64,000 bases of DNA from an uncultured Bacilli bacterium. Its GTDB lineage: Bacteria; Bacillota_I; Bacilli_A; RF39; UBA660. The position numbers were made by a program, and so were the translations under genes. Within the stretch, counting starts at the first letter, position 1, and every line of letters starts with the position of its first letter. The notes under the pieces are model-generated. The model was given only the letters and a program-made list of their open reading frames with translations. It was not told the DNA's origin and did no database searches. Below are positions 41,117 to 50,191 of this stretch, one piece after another. Location of the stretch: contig CAKOJN010000004.1 in the NCBI GenBank assembly GCA_934090685.1, positions 18,243 through 82,242 on the forward strand, written 5' to 3'.

Positions 41117-42706
41117 CTACTCATTAAAAATATCAGGTAAATCATTTTCAAGTAATACATATGTATTTTCATCACTTAATTTTCTCATAAGTGGAAATGC
41201 TTCTTTTACATCATTTAAAATATGAATCTTCTTATCACTATACTTTTCCTTATGAAGTCCATCTAATATTGGTTTTGTTTGATGTTCACCAATAAGAATA
41301 ACCTCATCACATACAGATGCAATATGACGACCAAACTCCATATTAGCACTATATTCTTCACTACCAAGTTCTATCATACCTGGAGTTACTATTATTTTTT
41401 TACCATCCATTAAACCTAAAACATCTACTGCCATTTTAGATCCAACAGGATTAGAATTATAAGCATCATCAATAATATTAATATTTCCAAACTTTTTAAG
41501 TTCTAATCTATGTTCTATAGTCTTAATTCTTTTAACGCCTATTTGTATTTGTTCAATATCCATTCCTAAGTTATGTGCAAGAAGAATTGCTTCAGAAATA
41601 TTATATATATTAGCAATACCAAGTAATTTAGTTTCAAATTCATACTCTTTCTTTATGTCTTTAAACTTACAAGTAAATTTAGTTCCATTATTAGTTACCT
41701 TAATTTTATTTATATATAAATCAGATTCTTTATCTTTTGTAGAAACCCATTTAACATTACATTTACTTTTAATTTTATAACTTGTTTGATATTCATCATC
41801 TTTATTTAATATTGCAAGACCATCAGATGGTAATGAATCTATCAATTCAAATTTTGCTTTTTGTATATTTTCACGAGTTTTAAAACTTTCTAAATGAGCA
41901 GTACCTATTGTTGTTAAAATAGCATATTTAGGTTTTACAAACTCCGCTTTTTCTTTTATTTCTCCTCTTTTAAAAGCACCCATTTCAGCAATAAATACTT
42001 CACTAAATTTATCCATATAATTATTAATTGCGTTGAAAAGTCCATACATTGTATTAAAACTCTTAGGTGTTGCGAAAGAATTATATTTAACATTTAATAT
42101 ATCATTTAATGCATTCTTTGTACTAGTTTTACCATAACTTCCAGTTATACCAATTCTCTTTAAGTTAGGCATAGACATAATTTTATTCTTAGCTATATTT
42201 TTATAATGCAAGAACACTAATTTCTCTATAGGTTTATTAATAATATTAGCAAGCAATACCATAAAATAATTAAAGTATACAAGTAATCCTAAATATATAT
42301 AATAACCATATATTCTACCCTCAACAAAATCATATACTATTGGTATAATTGCAATAGCATAAAGAATTAATAATGTAGCATATAATCTTTTAATTCTTTT
42401 TGTTATTACAAGAGGCTTTTTATTTTGCTCTTTTTTAAGTAATTTATTATTTATAATAGTAACCACTGAATAAAAAATAGCAAATATAATTACTGAAGCA
42501 TTGAAACTAATAAGTTTAAATAACGCAAAAAATACAAACATAACATCAAAAGTAATAAATACCTTATCAACATTATCAAGTATCCATTTAAAATATCTAT
42601 TCCCATCATTATACCAATTTTGTTGAAGCATATGCATTGCTTTTTTACTTTTACACACGATATAAATAAAATATGGTATTAATGATAATATAAAGTATGT
42701 TCTCAT
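41117..42706 (-). CDS. murF: UDP-MurNAc-tripeptide--D-alanyl-D-alanine ligase with an N-terminal polytopic membrane region
   Basis: GITGSYGKTSTKN, DDAYNSNP and PGMIELG match MurF motifs. Residues 1 to ~165 form about four TM helices in place of the usual soluble N-domain. Confidence 0.8.
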   Translation of the reverse strand: MRTYFILSLIPYFIYIVCKSKKAMHMLQQNWYNDGNRYFKWILDNVDKVFITFDVMFVFFALFKLISFNASVIIFAIFYSVVTIINNKLLKKEQNKKPLVITKRIKRLYATLLILYAIAIIPIVYDFVEGRIYGYYIYLGLLVYFNYFMVLLANIINKPIEKLVFLHYKNIAKNKIMSMPNLKRIGITGSYGKTSTKNALNDILNVKYNSFATPKSFNTMYGLFNAINNYMDKFSEVFIAEMGAFKRGEIKEKAEFVKPKYAILTTIGTAHLESFKTRENIQKAKFELIDSLPSDGLAILNKDDEYQTSYKIKSKCNVKWVSTKDKESDLYINKIKVTNNGTKFTCKFKDIKKEYEFETKLLGIANIYNISEAILLAHNLGMDIEQIQIGVKRIKTIEHRLELKKFGNINIIDDAYNSNPVGSKMAVDVLGLMDGKKIIVTPGMIELGSEEYSANMEFGRHIASVCDEVILIGEHQTKPILDGLHKEKYSDKKIHILNDVKEAFPLMRKLSDENTYVLLENDLPDIFNE

Positions 42707-42708
42707 AT

Positions 42709-43449
42709 TTATTCCTCACTTTCAATAAAACTTTTTAATACATTAATTGTTTGATTTAATCTCTCTAAATAAGCATAATGTGTACATCCATCATAAATAA
42801 CTAATCCAGCATTAGGTATTAATTTTTCCAACTCTTTACCATCTTCAAGAGATACAGCAGCATCCATAGTTCCCCAGATTAATAAAGATGGACACTTTAT
42901 TTTAGTAACTTCATCACTTATATCAGTATTAACATGTTTTACTAGAATCTTTCTCATCATTTCACTAGCATTTTTATAATCAGTAGAACCAATATATTTT
43001 TTAGCAAAACTTTCTAATTTATTTACCACTGGTACTTTTTTAGCAAATTTTAATACTTTTAATTTAAAATTATCTTTTTCTATCTTCTTTTTATATGGAC
43101 TTGCAAGCAAAACTATCTTATTTGTTTTATATTTAGTAGCATAAACTAAAGATATTTTTCCACCAAAAGAATGACCAATTAAAATAGGATTTTTTATCTT
43201 TTCTTTTGTTAATATCTTGTTAACCATTTCTGCATAATCATATACAGTATATATATCTTTAGGTTCCTCACTATCACCAAAACCAGGTAAATCTATAATT
43301 AGACAGTTATATTTTTTTATAAAAGGTTTTGCAATAGGCATCATCATTTGAATATTTTGTCCCCAACCATGTAAAAAAATCAAACTTATTTTAGAATTGT
43401 TATTATAATATTCATAATTCACATTACTGTTTTTATAATTAAACTTCAT
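42709..43449 (-). CDS. alpha/beta hydrolase
   Basis: GHSFGG nucleophile elbow and a C-terminal His (CTHYA); ATG 43449 follows GGTGA. Confidence 0.8.
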   Translation of the reverse strand: MKFNYKNSNVNYEYYNNNSKISLIFLHGWGQNIQMMMPIAKPFIKKYNCLIIDLPGFGDSEEPKDIYTVYDYAEMVNKILTKEKIKNPILIGHSFGGKISLVYATKYKTNKIVLLASPYKKKIEKDNFKLKVLKFAKKVPVVNKLESFAKKYIGSTDYKNASEMMRKILVKHVNTDISDEVTKIKCPSLLIWGTMDAAVSLEDGKELEKLIPNAGLVIYDGCTHYAYLERLNQTINVLKSFIESEE

Positions 43450-43527
43450 GTCATTCACCATATTAATTATAGCACACTGTCTATTCTTTTAATATAATTA
43501 TGCACTTTACTTTACATAAAAAGACTA

Positions 43528-44496
43528 TTATTCATCACTATCAATAGTCCTTTCTTCAATTTCAGTAAGATTTATTTGAATATTTTCATCTTTTCCTATT
43601 TTAACTGTATCATTTATTTCATTATATCCATATTTTGAAACTGTGTATTTTAATTCATCTTCATCTAATACTGTTACCTCTTGTGTACCAATACCAGTTT
43701 TTAAAACAGCATTGTTTTTATATATAGTAACTATCGCATCAGAAGGATTAGGTTCAATTTTTAACATATATTTTTTCTTTTCCATTAATTCTATCGTTTC
43801 ACTAATATCTTTATTCATAACAAATTCATATTCTTTATCATAAAATCCATCTTTTTGAATTAATACTTTACCTTTAGTATTTTCATCAAATACTTTCTCA
43901 AACTCATTTAGTGAGTTATACTCATCAGAACTTGTCACTACTTTAATATTACTTCCATCAATTGATTTGATTTTTAAAGTATATTCAGGAACCTTTTTAT
44001 AATTGAAAACTAATATACATTTTAAATTTTTATCACTAATATTTTTTGTTTTATACTTAAATGTAACTTTAAAAGTATATTGACTTGCCGGTTTAATTTT
44101 TGTTTTATTTATTTCGATATCATCAAAAGTATACTCTATATTTGAATTACTATAAACTTGATTATTAACTTTAGTAATCACTAAATTATCAGATGATAAA
44201 TTAGTCAAAGTTATATTATAAGTAACAATTGAATTATAATTATCTAACGTAATATCACTAACTATACTGTAAGCAGTATAATTAAAAGAAGAAACCACAG
44301 CATTATTAGTAACTTTAGAAATCTTCATATCAGTTATTCTGGATTCCTTAATAGGTCTTACTAATGCTTTTCCATTAATCGCAAGTGATGTAGAATATGC
44401 AGAAAAACCTATGGTTAGAGAAAGAATAGATATTGTTAAAAATACAAATACTAAAGAAAAAATTCTATATTTATTTGTTTTTTCTTTCCTTACCAT
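43528..44496 (-). CDS. secreted protein with a TasA-type N-terminal signal, an Ig-like region and two PEGA-like repeats
   Basis: GGAGGA RBS before ATG 44496. The N-terminus LSLTIGFSAYSTSLAINGKALV parallels the first gene of the operon. The C-terminal LKIEPNPSDAIVTIY...SKYGYNEINDTV is PEGA-like. Confidence 0.6.
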   Translation of the reverse strand: MVRKEKTNKYRIFSLVFVFLTISILSLTIGFSAYSTSLAINGKALVRPIKESRITDMKISKVTNNAVVSSFNYTAYSIVSDITLDNYNSIVTYNITLTNLSSDNLVITKVNNQVYSNSNIEYTFDDIEINKTKIKPASQYTFKVTFKYKTKNISDKNLKCILVFNYKKVPEYTLKIKSIDGSNIKVVTSSDEYNSLNEFEKVFDENTKGKVLIQKDGFYDKEYEFVMNKDISETIELMEKKKYMLKIEPNPSDAIVTIYKNNAVLKTGIGTQEVTVLDEDELKYTVSKYGYNEINDTVKIGKDENIQINLTEIEERTIDSDE

Positions 44497-45580
44497 GAGA
44501 TCCTCCATTACAAACAACCTTCTCATCAAGTGTGTATTTATAAATTATACTATCATGAATAATAATAAACTCAGATAATTTATGTGGTTTTATTTCATTA
44601 TAAATTATTGGAGTTCCCAAATTATCATGTATATCTCTTAACTCTTCAAATGATAACATATTCAATACTTTATAACCTTTTTCATCTATAGAATTTTGTG
44701 CGTTTCCTATAATACTATCATAATCTTTTAATAATTTTTTTAATGTAATATCATATTTAGATCTTTCTTTCATAAATAAATAAACTGTTCTAAACAATGA
44801 AACTATAAAATACAAATCAAGTAATGCAGATAATATAAATCCAATTAGGTACTTCATATTTAAGTCTTTAATTCCTCTATCTTCATATATTGTATTGAAA
44901 TTATTTATATCATTACTATCAATTTTTATATTTAACGTCTGTTCAGTTAGAGGAATAGTCAAAGATGATGAACTATTTAAATCTATTTTATTAGTAAATT
45001 TATCACTTTGAGCATGAGTTTCTACATTCAATATTATAGTTAAATCACTACTTGATGTTAAAGCATAAGAGGATTTAAATGACTTAACAAAATCATTAAA
45101 ATGTTGATAATCTATATTTATTTTTTGACTAAAATCATTATGCATTAAATTATCTTTATTAATAGTTTTTTCATCAACTAAACGTTCTTTTTTCTCATAT
45201 AATACTTCTTTTTTATCAGTATCATCATATACCCTAGTTATCGCATCAACACTATAGGTAGTTTTATATTTCAATTCTTCACTAGTTATAAAATTATAAT
45301 CAAAGACAACATTAATATTTTTAATTAGATTAGCAATATAGTTCATACCGGATGGTAATGTTTTTTTATCATAATAATCGTTATCTTTCAAATTAACAGA
45401 ATAATCTACTGTACTTTTTTCTTTATACATAAATGAAGACTTAGTTTTAAAGACAAATGTCTGAATATAAAATATAACAGTAAAGCAAGTAAGTAATAGA
45501 ATTAAACACGAATATAATACGATTGAATACTTTTTACTTGAAAATTTATAATTTTTTTTAGTTAAATCACTCTGTTTCAT
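44471..45580 (-). CDS. bitopic membrane protein of the SipW operon (possibly DUF5305-like)
   Basis: AAGGAG RBS before ATG 45580, 1 nt after the peptidase stop. TM helices lie near residues 25-45 and ~245-265. The family call is from memory only. Confidence 0.5.
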   Translation of the reverse strand: MKQSDLTKKNYKFSSKKYSIVLYSCLILLLTCFTVIFYIQTFVFKTKSSFMYKEKSTVDYSVNLKDNDYYDKKTLPSGMNYIANLIKNINVVFDYNFITSEELKYKTTYSVDAITRVYDDTDKKEVLYEKKERLVDEKTINKDNLMHNDFSQKINIDYQHFNDFVKSFKSSYALTSSSDLTIILNVETHAQSDKFTNKIDLNSSSSLTIPLTEQTLNIKIDSNDINNFNTIYEDRGIKDLNMKYLIGFILSALLDLYFIVSLFRTVYLFMKERSKYDITLKKLLKDYDSIIGNAQNSIDEKGYKVLNMLSFEELRDIHDNLGTPIIYNEIKPHKLSEFIIIHDSIIYKYTLDEKVVCNGGSHGKERKNK

Positions 45581-45581
45581 T

Positions 45582-46727
45582 TTAATCTCCTTTAATACGA
45601 TCAAATATTGCTACTGTAGGATATCCAATATATCTTATTTTAAATTTTTCTAATCCTACAATATTATCTATATCTAATAAATACCCATCAGAAGAATTAT
45701 TATTATCGCCTTTGGTATTATAAAAAACTCCCCTAGATGTATTATATTTTTTAATAATTCTATGTACAACAACTTTATTATCCATATTGAATGCTATTAT
45801 GTCACCTTCTTTAAGTTTATTTTTCTCATCATCACTAAGTTTCTCTATAACAACCATATCACCTTTATTAATATTAGGTGTCATTGATCCAGTTGCTATT
45901 ACAAAAGTTCTATATTTAAACAATCCACTAGATGTACAAATTAATAATATTAAAAACGTACTTAAACATATATAAATATATTTTTCTATATTGTTTCTTT
46001 TTTTAGAAACTATTTTTCTATACTTTAACTTATCAAAAATATTAAACGTAGATATAAATATTAACATAGGAATTAAAATATATAAAACAGATTCTAAGTA
46101 ATTACCAAAATTTGGAATAATAGGTAATATATATTTAGGTATTTCCATTAAATATCTATATATCAAACATGGTTTATAACTTGATTTAATAGATAGATAT
46201 GTCAGCAATATAGATTTACTCAAATTTGGTAAAATAAATAAACCCAAAGCATTTAAAACTTTATAAAAATTTGTAAAATTAGTTGCTTTTATTATTAAAG
46301 TAGAATCAAGTAAAGTAAATACAATTGCTGAAAAAAACAACAACCATTTACTATCTTTAATTTGACTATTTATAATATATCTTAATAATTCAATTAAAGT
46401 TATAGATAAGATAACAGGTAATACATTCTTAAAAATACTTAATATATTTAAACTATAAACATTTCTTGTAAAACCTATTATTAATCCACTTAAATAAATA
46501 ATAATATAGTATATGAACACATAAATACACATCGTTAAAATTATATCTTTATCATATCTAGACTTAATTTTTCTAAATCCAATTAAATAATAAGATATAA
46601 AGATTAACATAGTTATAAATGCACATATACTATATTTATCTAATTTTTTAAGAATAAATATGTCAAAAAGTAAAACAAAAACAATAATAGTTAAAATAAC
46701 TAAAGTTCTTTTGTCTCCTTTTTTCAT
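45582..46727 (-). CDS. sipW: ER/archaeal-type (S26B, SipW-like) signal peptidase I fused to an N-terminal ~250-aa polytopic membrane domain
   Basis: The C-terminal ~120 aa carry TGSMTPNINKGDMVVI (catalytic Ser), VVHRII (His of the Ser-His dyad) and TKGDNN. About 8 hydrophobic helices precede them. Confidence 0.75.
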   Translation of the reverse strand: MKKGDKRTLVILTIIVFVLLFDIFILKKLDKYSICAFITMLIFISYYLIGFRKIKSRYDKDIILTMCIYVFIYYIIIYLSGLIIGFTRNVYSLNILSIFKNVLPVILSITLIELLRYIINSQIKDSKWLLFFSAIVFTLLDSTLIIKATNFTNFYKVLNALGLFILPNLSKSILLTYLSIKSSYKPCLIYRYLMEIPKYILPIIPNFGNYLESVLYILIPMLIFISTFNIFDKLKYRKIVSKKRNNIEKYIYICLSTFLILLICTSSGLFKYRTFVIATGSMTPNINKGDMVVIEKLSDDEKNKLKEGDIIAFNMDNKVVVHRIIKKYNTSRGVFYNTKGDNNNSSDGYLLDIDNIVGLEKFKIRYIGYPTVAIFDRIKGD

Positions 46728-46745
46728 TCTTTATTCCCTTTCTAA

Positions 46746-47351
46746 TTAATTTTGAGTATAGATTAATGTTGTAGTACCAATAGTAATTTTAACTTCATCA
46801 TTAACTTTAACAGTACTTGCACTAGGCCACTCTAATTTTAATTTAAAACTTTGTACACCAGATTCCCCATTTTTTGCTACTGGTAAAACATCAACATTAG
46901 GTGAAAGTACTCTACCATCACTGTAAGTTAATGTATATTTAAGTTCATCACATAACTTATTTGCCTCATCACTACTTGTTGTACTGCCATCCGTTGGTGT
47001 ACAAGATAATGTTCCCTGTACAAATGTTTTTAGTTTGGCAGATAAATTACCTGCATTTTTAACATCAAATAAATACGTTACAGAGTCTCCAGGAGATGTT
47101 AAAGTAACATCAAAACCTGATATAGTTGTACTCTCTAATGTTGGTTCTTTATTAACAACAGCATTTCCAGTTGTTACACCTTTAAATTCACTATCAGTTT
47201 TAAAGTATATACTCCAACTTGATGGATCAACATTCGCAGCACCATCAATTTTTAATGTTTCTGTATAAGCAGCATATCCAATTGTTAAACCAGCAATTGC
47301 CACTACTAAAGCAATAATAGCTATTATTTTAAATCCTCTTTCTCTTTCCAT
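46746..47351 (-). CDS. TasA/BsaA-like secreted fibre-subunit candidate
   Basis: AAGGAGG RBS before ATG 47351. The signal IIAIIALVVAIAGLTIGYAAYTETLKIDGAANV resembles the TasA WAAF cleavage context. The mature part is beta-rich, and it is the first gene of the SipW operon. Confidence 0.6.
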   Translation of the reverse strand: MERERGFKIIAIIALVVAIAGLTIGYAAYTETLKIDGAANVDPSSWSIYFKTDSEFKGVTTGNAVVNKEPTLESTTISGFDVTLTSPGDSVTYLFDVKNAGNLSAKLKTFVQGTLSCTPTDGSTTSSDEANKLCDELKYTLTYSDGRVLSPNVDVLPVAKNGESGVQSFKLKLEWPSASTVKVNDEVKITIGTTTLIYTQN

Positions 47352-47410
47352 ATCTATCCTCCTTAGATTGTTATACATTGATTATATCATAAATATATAA
47401 TAATTTCATC

Positions 47411-47443
47411 AATAAAATAAAAAGTTCACAAATAAATGTGAAC
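47411..47443 (-). terminator. Rho-independent terminator of telA
   Basis: GTTCACA / TGTGAAC stem directly after the telA stop, followed by a T-rich tract on the minus strand. Confidence 0.7.
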
Positions 47444-48622
47444 CTATAATTTAAGTTTTAATATTTGCTCGCCATCTTGTTTTTGAACATTCTCAACTTG
47501 TACAGTACTCATTCTAAACATAGTACCTCTCAATTGATTTTCTAGTTCTTTTATTTCACTTGTCGCTTGTAATCTTGCTGCTCTACCAGAATTTTGAATT
47601 TGTATAATCTCATTTAATGTTTCAACTAATTTATTATTAGTGTATTTTAATGCTTCAATATCAACAATACCTCTTTCTATTTCTTGTGCAGTTTGAACAG
47701 ATGACATGTGAAGTGCATCAGCATTTTTCTTAAGTAATTGACTTGTAAGATCACTAACTTGTTTCTCTGCCTTTGCTGCTTTTAAACTATTTTCTGCTCC
47801 TAAACTAATTACTAATTGACTTCTCCACAACGGAATTGTATTAACAATTGTTGATTGAATCTTTTGCTCCATTGAGAAACTATTTTTTTGTATAATTCTA
47901 ATCTGTGGTGCCATTTGAATTGATATAATTCTAGTTAATCTTAAATCATGTAATCTTTTTTCAAATCTATCACATTGATCAACATAATCACTATATGCTT
48001 GAGCAGATTCTTGTGTTCCAAGTGTTTGTGCTTCGATTGCTAATTGTTGAACTTTTGATCTTGCTTCTGCTAATGCAAGTTCACCAGCAGCAATATATAA
48101 TTGAAGTTCTTTGCAAAATGTTATATTTTGATCATAAACTCCTTGTAATGTTGAACAATCTTTTCTTAAAATCATTTGATGTTCTCTTAGTTTTTCTACT
48201 ATATTATCAATATTTTTTTCTACTGCCTCATATTTTATTTTTGTTTGTTTCGCTCTACTAATTCCTCTTTTAATAAAACCAAAAACTCCTTTATTTTCTA
48301 TATCAGATGATGATGATAATTCAAATACTACTTGTCCAATCAATTCTCCTGTTTCACCTAAGTCTTTAGTTTTTATTTCATTAAGCACAGTTCCACAATA
48401 TCCATCTAGCTTTTCTTGAACTTGAGAACCATAATTTATTACCAAATCACTATTAGTTATATCGATTTTTTTAGAAAATTCTTTTACTTGTTCCCTTTCT
48501 TCATCAGTAAGTTTTCTTAATTCTTCACATTCAACTTGAATATTTGCTTCAATTGCTTGATTATCAATAGTTGGAATATCCAAATCCAAATTAAACTTTG
48601 GTTGTTCCTTTAAAGTATCCAC
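47444..48622 (-). CDS. telA: toxic anion resistance protein (TelA family)
   Basis: 392-aa all-helical protein with a TelA-like pattern (DLVINYGSQVQEKL..., LRLTRIISIQMAPQIRIIQ); GTG start after GGGAGG. Confidence 0.8.
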   Translation of the reverse strand: MDTLKEQPKFNLDLDIPTIDNQAIEANIQVECEELRKLTDEEREQVKEFSKKIDITNSDLVINYGSQVQEKLDGYCGTVLNEIKTKDLGETGELIGQVVFELSSSSDIENKGVFGFIKRGISRAKQTKIKYEAVEKNIDNIVEKLREHQMILRKDCSTLQGVYDQNITFCKELQLYIAAGELALAEARSKVQQLAIEAQTLGTQESAQAYSDYVDQCDRFEKRLHDLRLTRIISIQMAPQIRIIQKNSFSMEQKIQSTIVNTIPLWRSQLVISLGAENSLKAAKAEKQVSDLTSQLLKKNADALHMSSVQTAQEIERGIVDIEALKYTNNKLVETLNEIIQIQNSGRAARLQATSEIKELENQLRGTMFRMSTVQVENVQKQDGEQILKLKL

Positions 48623-48779
48623 ATCAATACCTCCCTTAATGGTTCTTTATTATATATTAACATTCATGATATGTCAATAAAATCAAGTAAAACTGTAATT
48701 TGGTGTATGTAATATGTTTTCTATTAAAATATAAATAATTTCAGATAGAAATAAAAATATACTTATATACTTATTAAAA

Positions 48780-48820
48780 CAAACTAAAAGCACGGATAAA
48801 CTAATTATTTTCCATGCTTT
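48780..48820 (-). terminator. Rho-independent terminator of the HAD-like gene
   Basis: 10-bp stem (AAAGCATGGA / TCCGTGCTTT on the minus strand, one G-U pair) followed by a T-rich tract. Confidence 0.55.
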
Positions 48821-48911
48821 TATATATGCTTACTCCTTATTTTTGGAGTTACTTTTTATATGGCAGGATTTTATAGGAAATTTACAACTTTTATTTTTGC
48901 ACCTTTCTTAT

Positions 48912-49460
48912 TTATTTTATATCGTTTTCATATTTCCTTTTCAATACTTTAATTAAATTATTTGTAACTAATTCATAATCTCCTAATTGTCTATATTGAT
49001 AGTTTATATGTTTAAAATTATTTAAATTAACTGGTTTTAATACTATTTTAGGTAAATCTTTATAAGTTAGTCCCTTAAATGGCATAGTTTTGAAATGATT
49101 TAAATGTATTAATTTATAATCATTGTGATACTCATCATCTAATATAACATAATTTGTTATTTCATTTTTTTTCAAATAGTCAACTATACCTAGTAAACGT
49201 GATGGCAAGTTTATATCACACAAACTTCCTCGAAAATTCGGGTCTATAAAATCGATATTATATATGCATAATTTCTCAAATTGATATTTTAATGCTTTTC
49301 TTCTAGTCTCTATTCCGTTCATTTGCCAAGAACTTATTATAACCACTTTGGCATTAAATATTTTAACTAATAGTTTTAGGACTTCAACACTTTCTGATAA
49401 AAATTCAGAGCAATTATCATTAAGAACTCCATCTATATCTAAAAATATTATATTTTTCAT
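48912..49460 (-). CDS. HAD-superfamily phosphatase-like protein
   Basis: Motif I FLDIDGVLN and motif IV ILDDE; GGGTGA RBS. Confidence 0.65.
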   Translation of the reverse strand: MKNIIFLDIDGVLNDNCSEFLSESVEVLKLLVKIFNAKVVIISSWQMNGIETRRKALKYQFEKLCIYNIDFIDPNFRGSLCDINLPSRLLGIVDYLKKNEITNYVILDDEYHNDYKLIHLNHFKTMPFKGLTYKDLPKIVLKPVNLNNFKHINYQYRQLGDYELVTNNLIKVLKRKYENDIK

Positions 49461-49541
49461 AAATCACCCTAAAAAATAAAAACTTGATATTTTTATACCA
49501 AGTTTCATATTAAAGAACACTCTGGTTCGACCAAATCTAAA

Positions 49542-49616
49542 TGGCAGGGGTAGAAGGACTCGAACCCTCCCCAACGGTTTTGGAGACCGGCATGCTACCA
49601 CTGACACCATACCCCT
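49542..49616 (-). tRNA. tRNA-Trp (anticodon CCA), CCA encoded
   Basis: The reverse complement reads AGGGGTATGGTGTCAGTGGTAGCATGCCGGTCTCCAAAACCGTTGGGGAGGGTTCGAGTCCTTCTACCCCTGCCA. Anticodon loop CTCCAAA; acceptor AGGGGTA/TACCCCT. Confidence 0.88.
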
Positions 49617-49714
49617 ATCAGATTGGCACAAACTAATTATATAATAAAGTTAATAATAAATCAACTTTTTATACATATTTTCTATAAATGCATACAATAA
49701 TATAGGTGAATTAT

Positions 49715-50137
49715 ATGTTAATTAAATATACAGATAAAGAATTAGATTTATGTGCAAGATTAATGAGAGCAGAAGCACTTGCTGAAGGTGAACTTGGAAT
49801 GCTTATGGTAGGAAACGTAATTGTCAATAGAGCAATCGCTAACTGTCTTGATTTTAAAAATATACGAAGTATAACTGATGCTATATATCAAAAAAACGCA
49901 TTTGTTGGGGTAAATAGTAATCTCTTTAATTCAAAATCTACCACTAAAGAAAAAGAACTTGCCAAAAGAGTATTAAAAGGAGAATACTATCATCCAGCAA
50001 CTAATGCTTTATGGTTTTATAGTCCTAAAAAAGGAGAAGAATGCAAAGGTACTTGGTTTAAGCAAAGAAATGCTGGTAGATATAAAAATCATTGTTTTTA
50101 CGCACCAGATCCAGGAGTATGTCAAGAATTATACTAA
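49715..50137 (+). CDS. spore cortex-lytic cell wall hydrolase (CwlJ/SleB catalytic domain)
   Basis: CARLMRAEALAEGELGMLMVGNVIVNR is the Hydrolase_2 signature. ATG 49715 follows AGGTGA (track start GTG 49706). Confidence 0.8.
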   Translation: MLIKYTDKELDLCARLMRAEALAEGELGMLMVGNVIVNRAIANCLDFKNIRSITDAIYQKNAFVGVNSNLFNSKSTTKEKELAKRVLKGEYYHPATNALWFYSPKKGEECKGTWFKQRNAGRYKNHCFYAPDPGVCQELY

Positions 50138-50191
50138 ATCTATTAAAATATTAAGTTTCATGATATAATGTAAAAACAAGGGATGAAGTAT

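Noticed and set aside
48623-48911. 290-bp intergenic region upstream of telA, checked for a riboswitch or ncRNA.
   Set aside because: The only clear structure is the terminator hairpin of the upstream HAD-like gene. The rest is featureless AT-rich DNA consistent with a promoter region.
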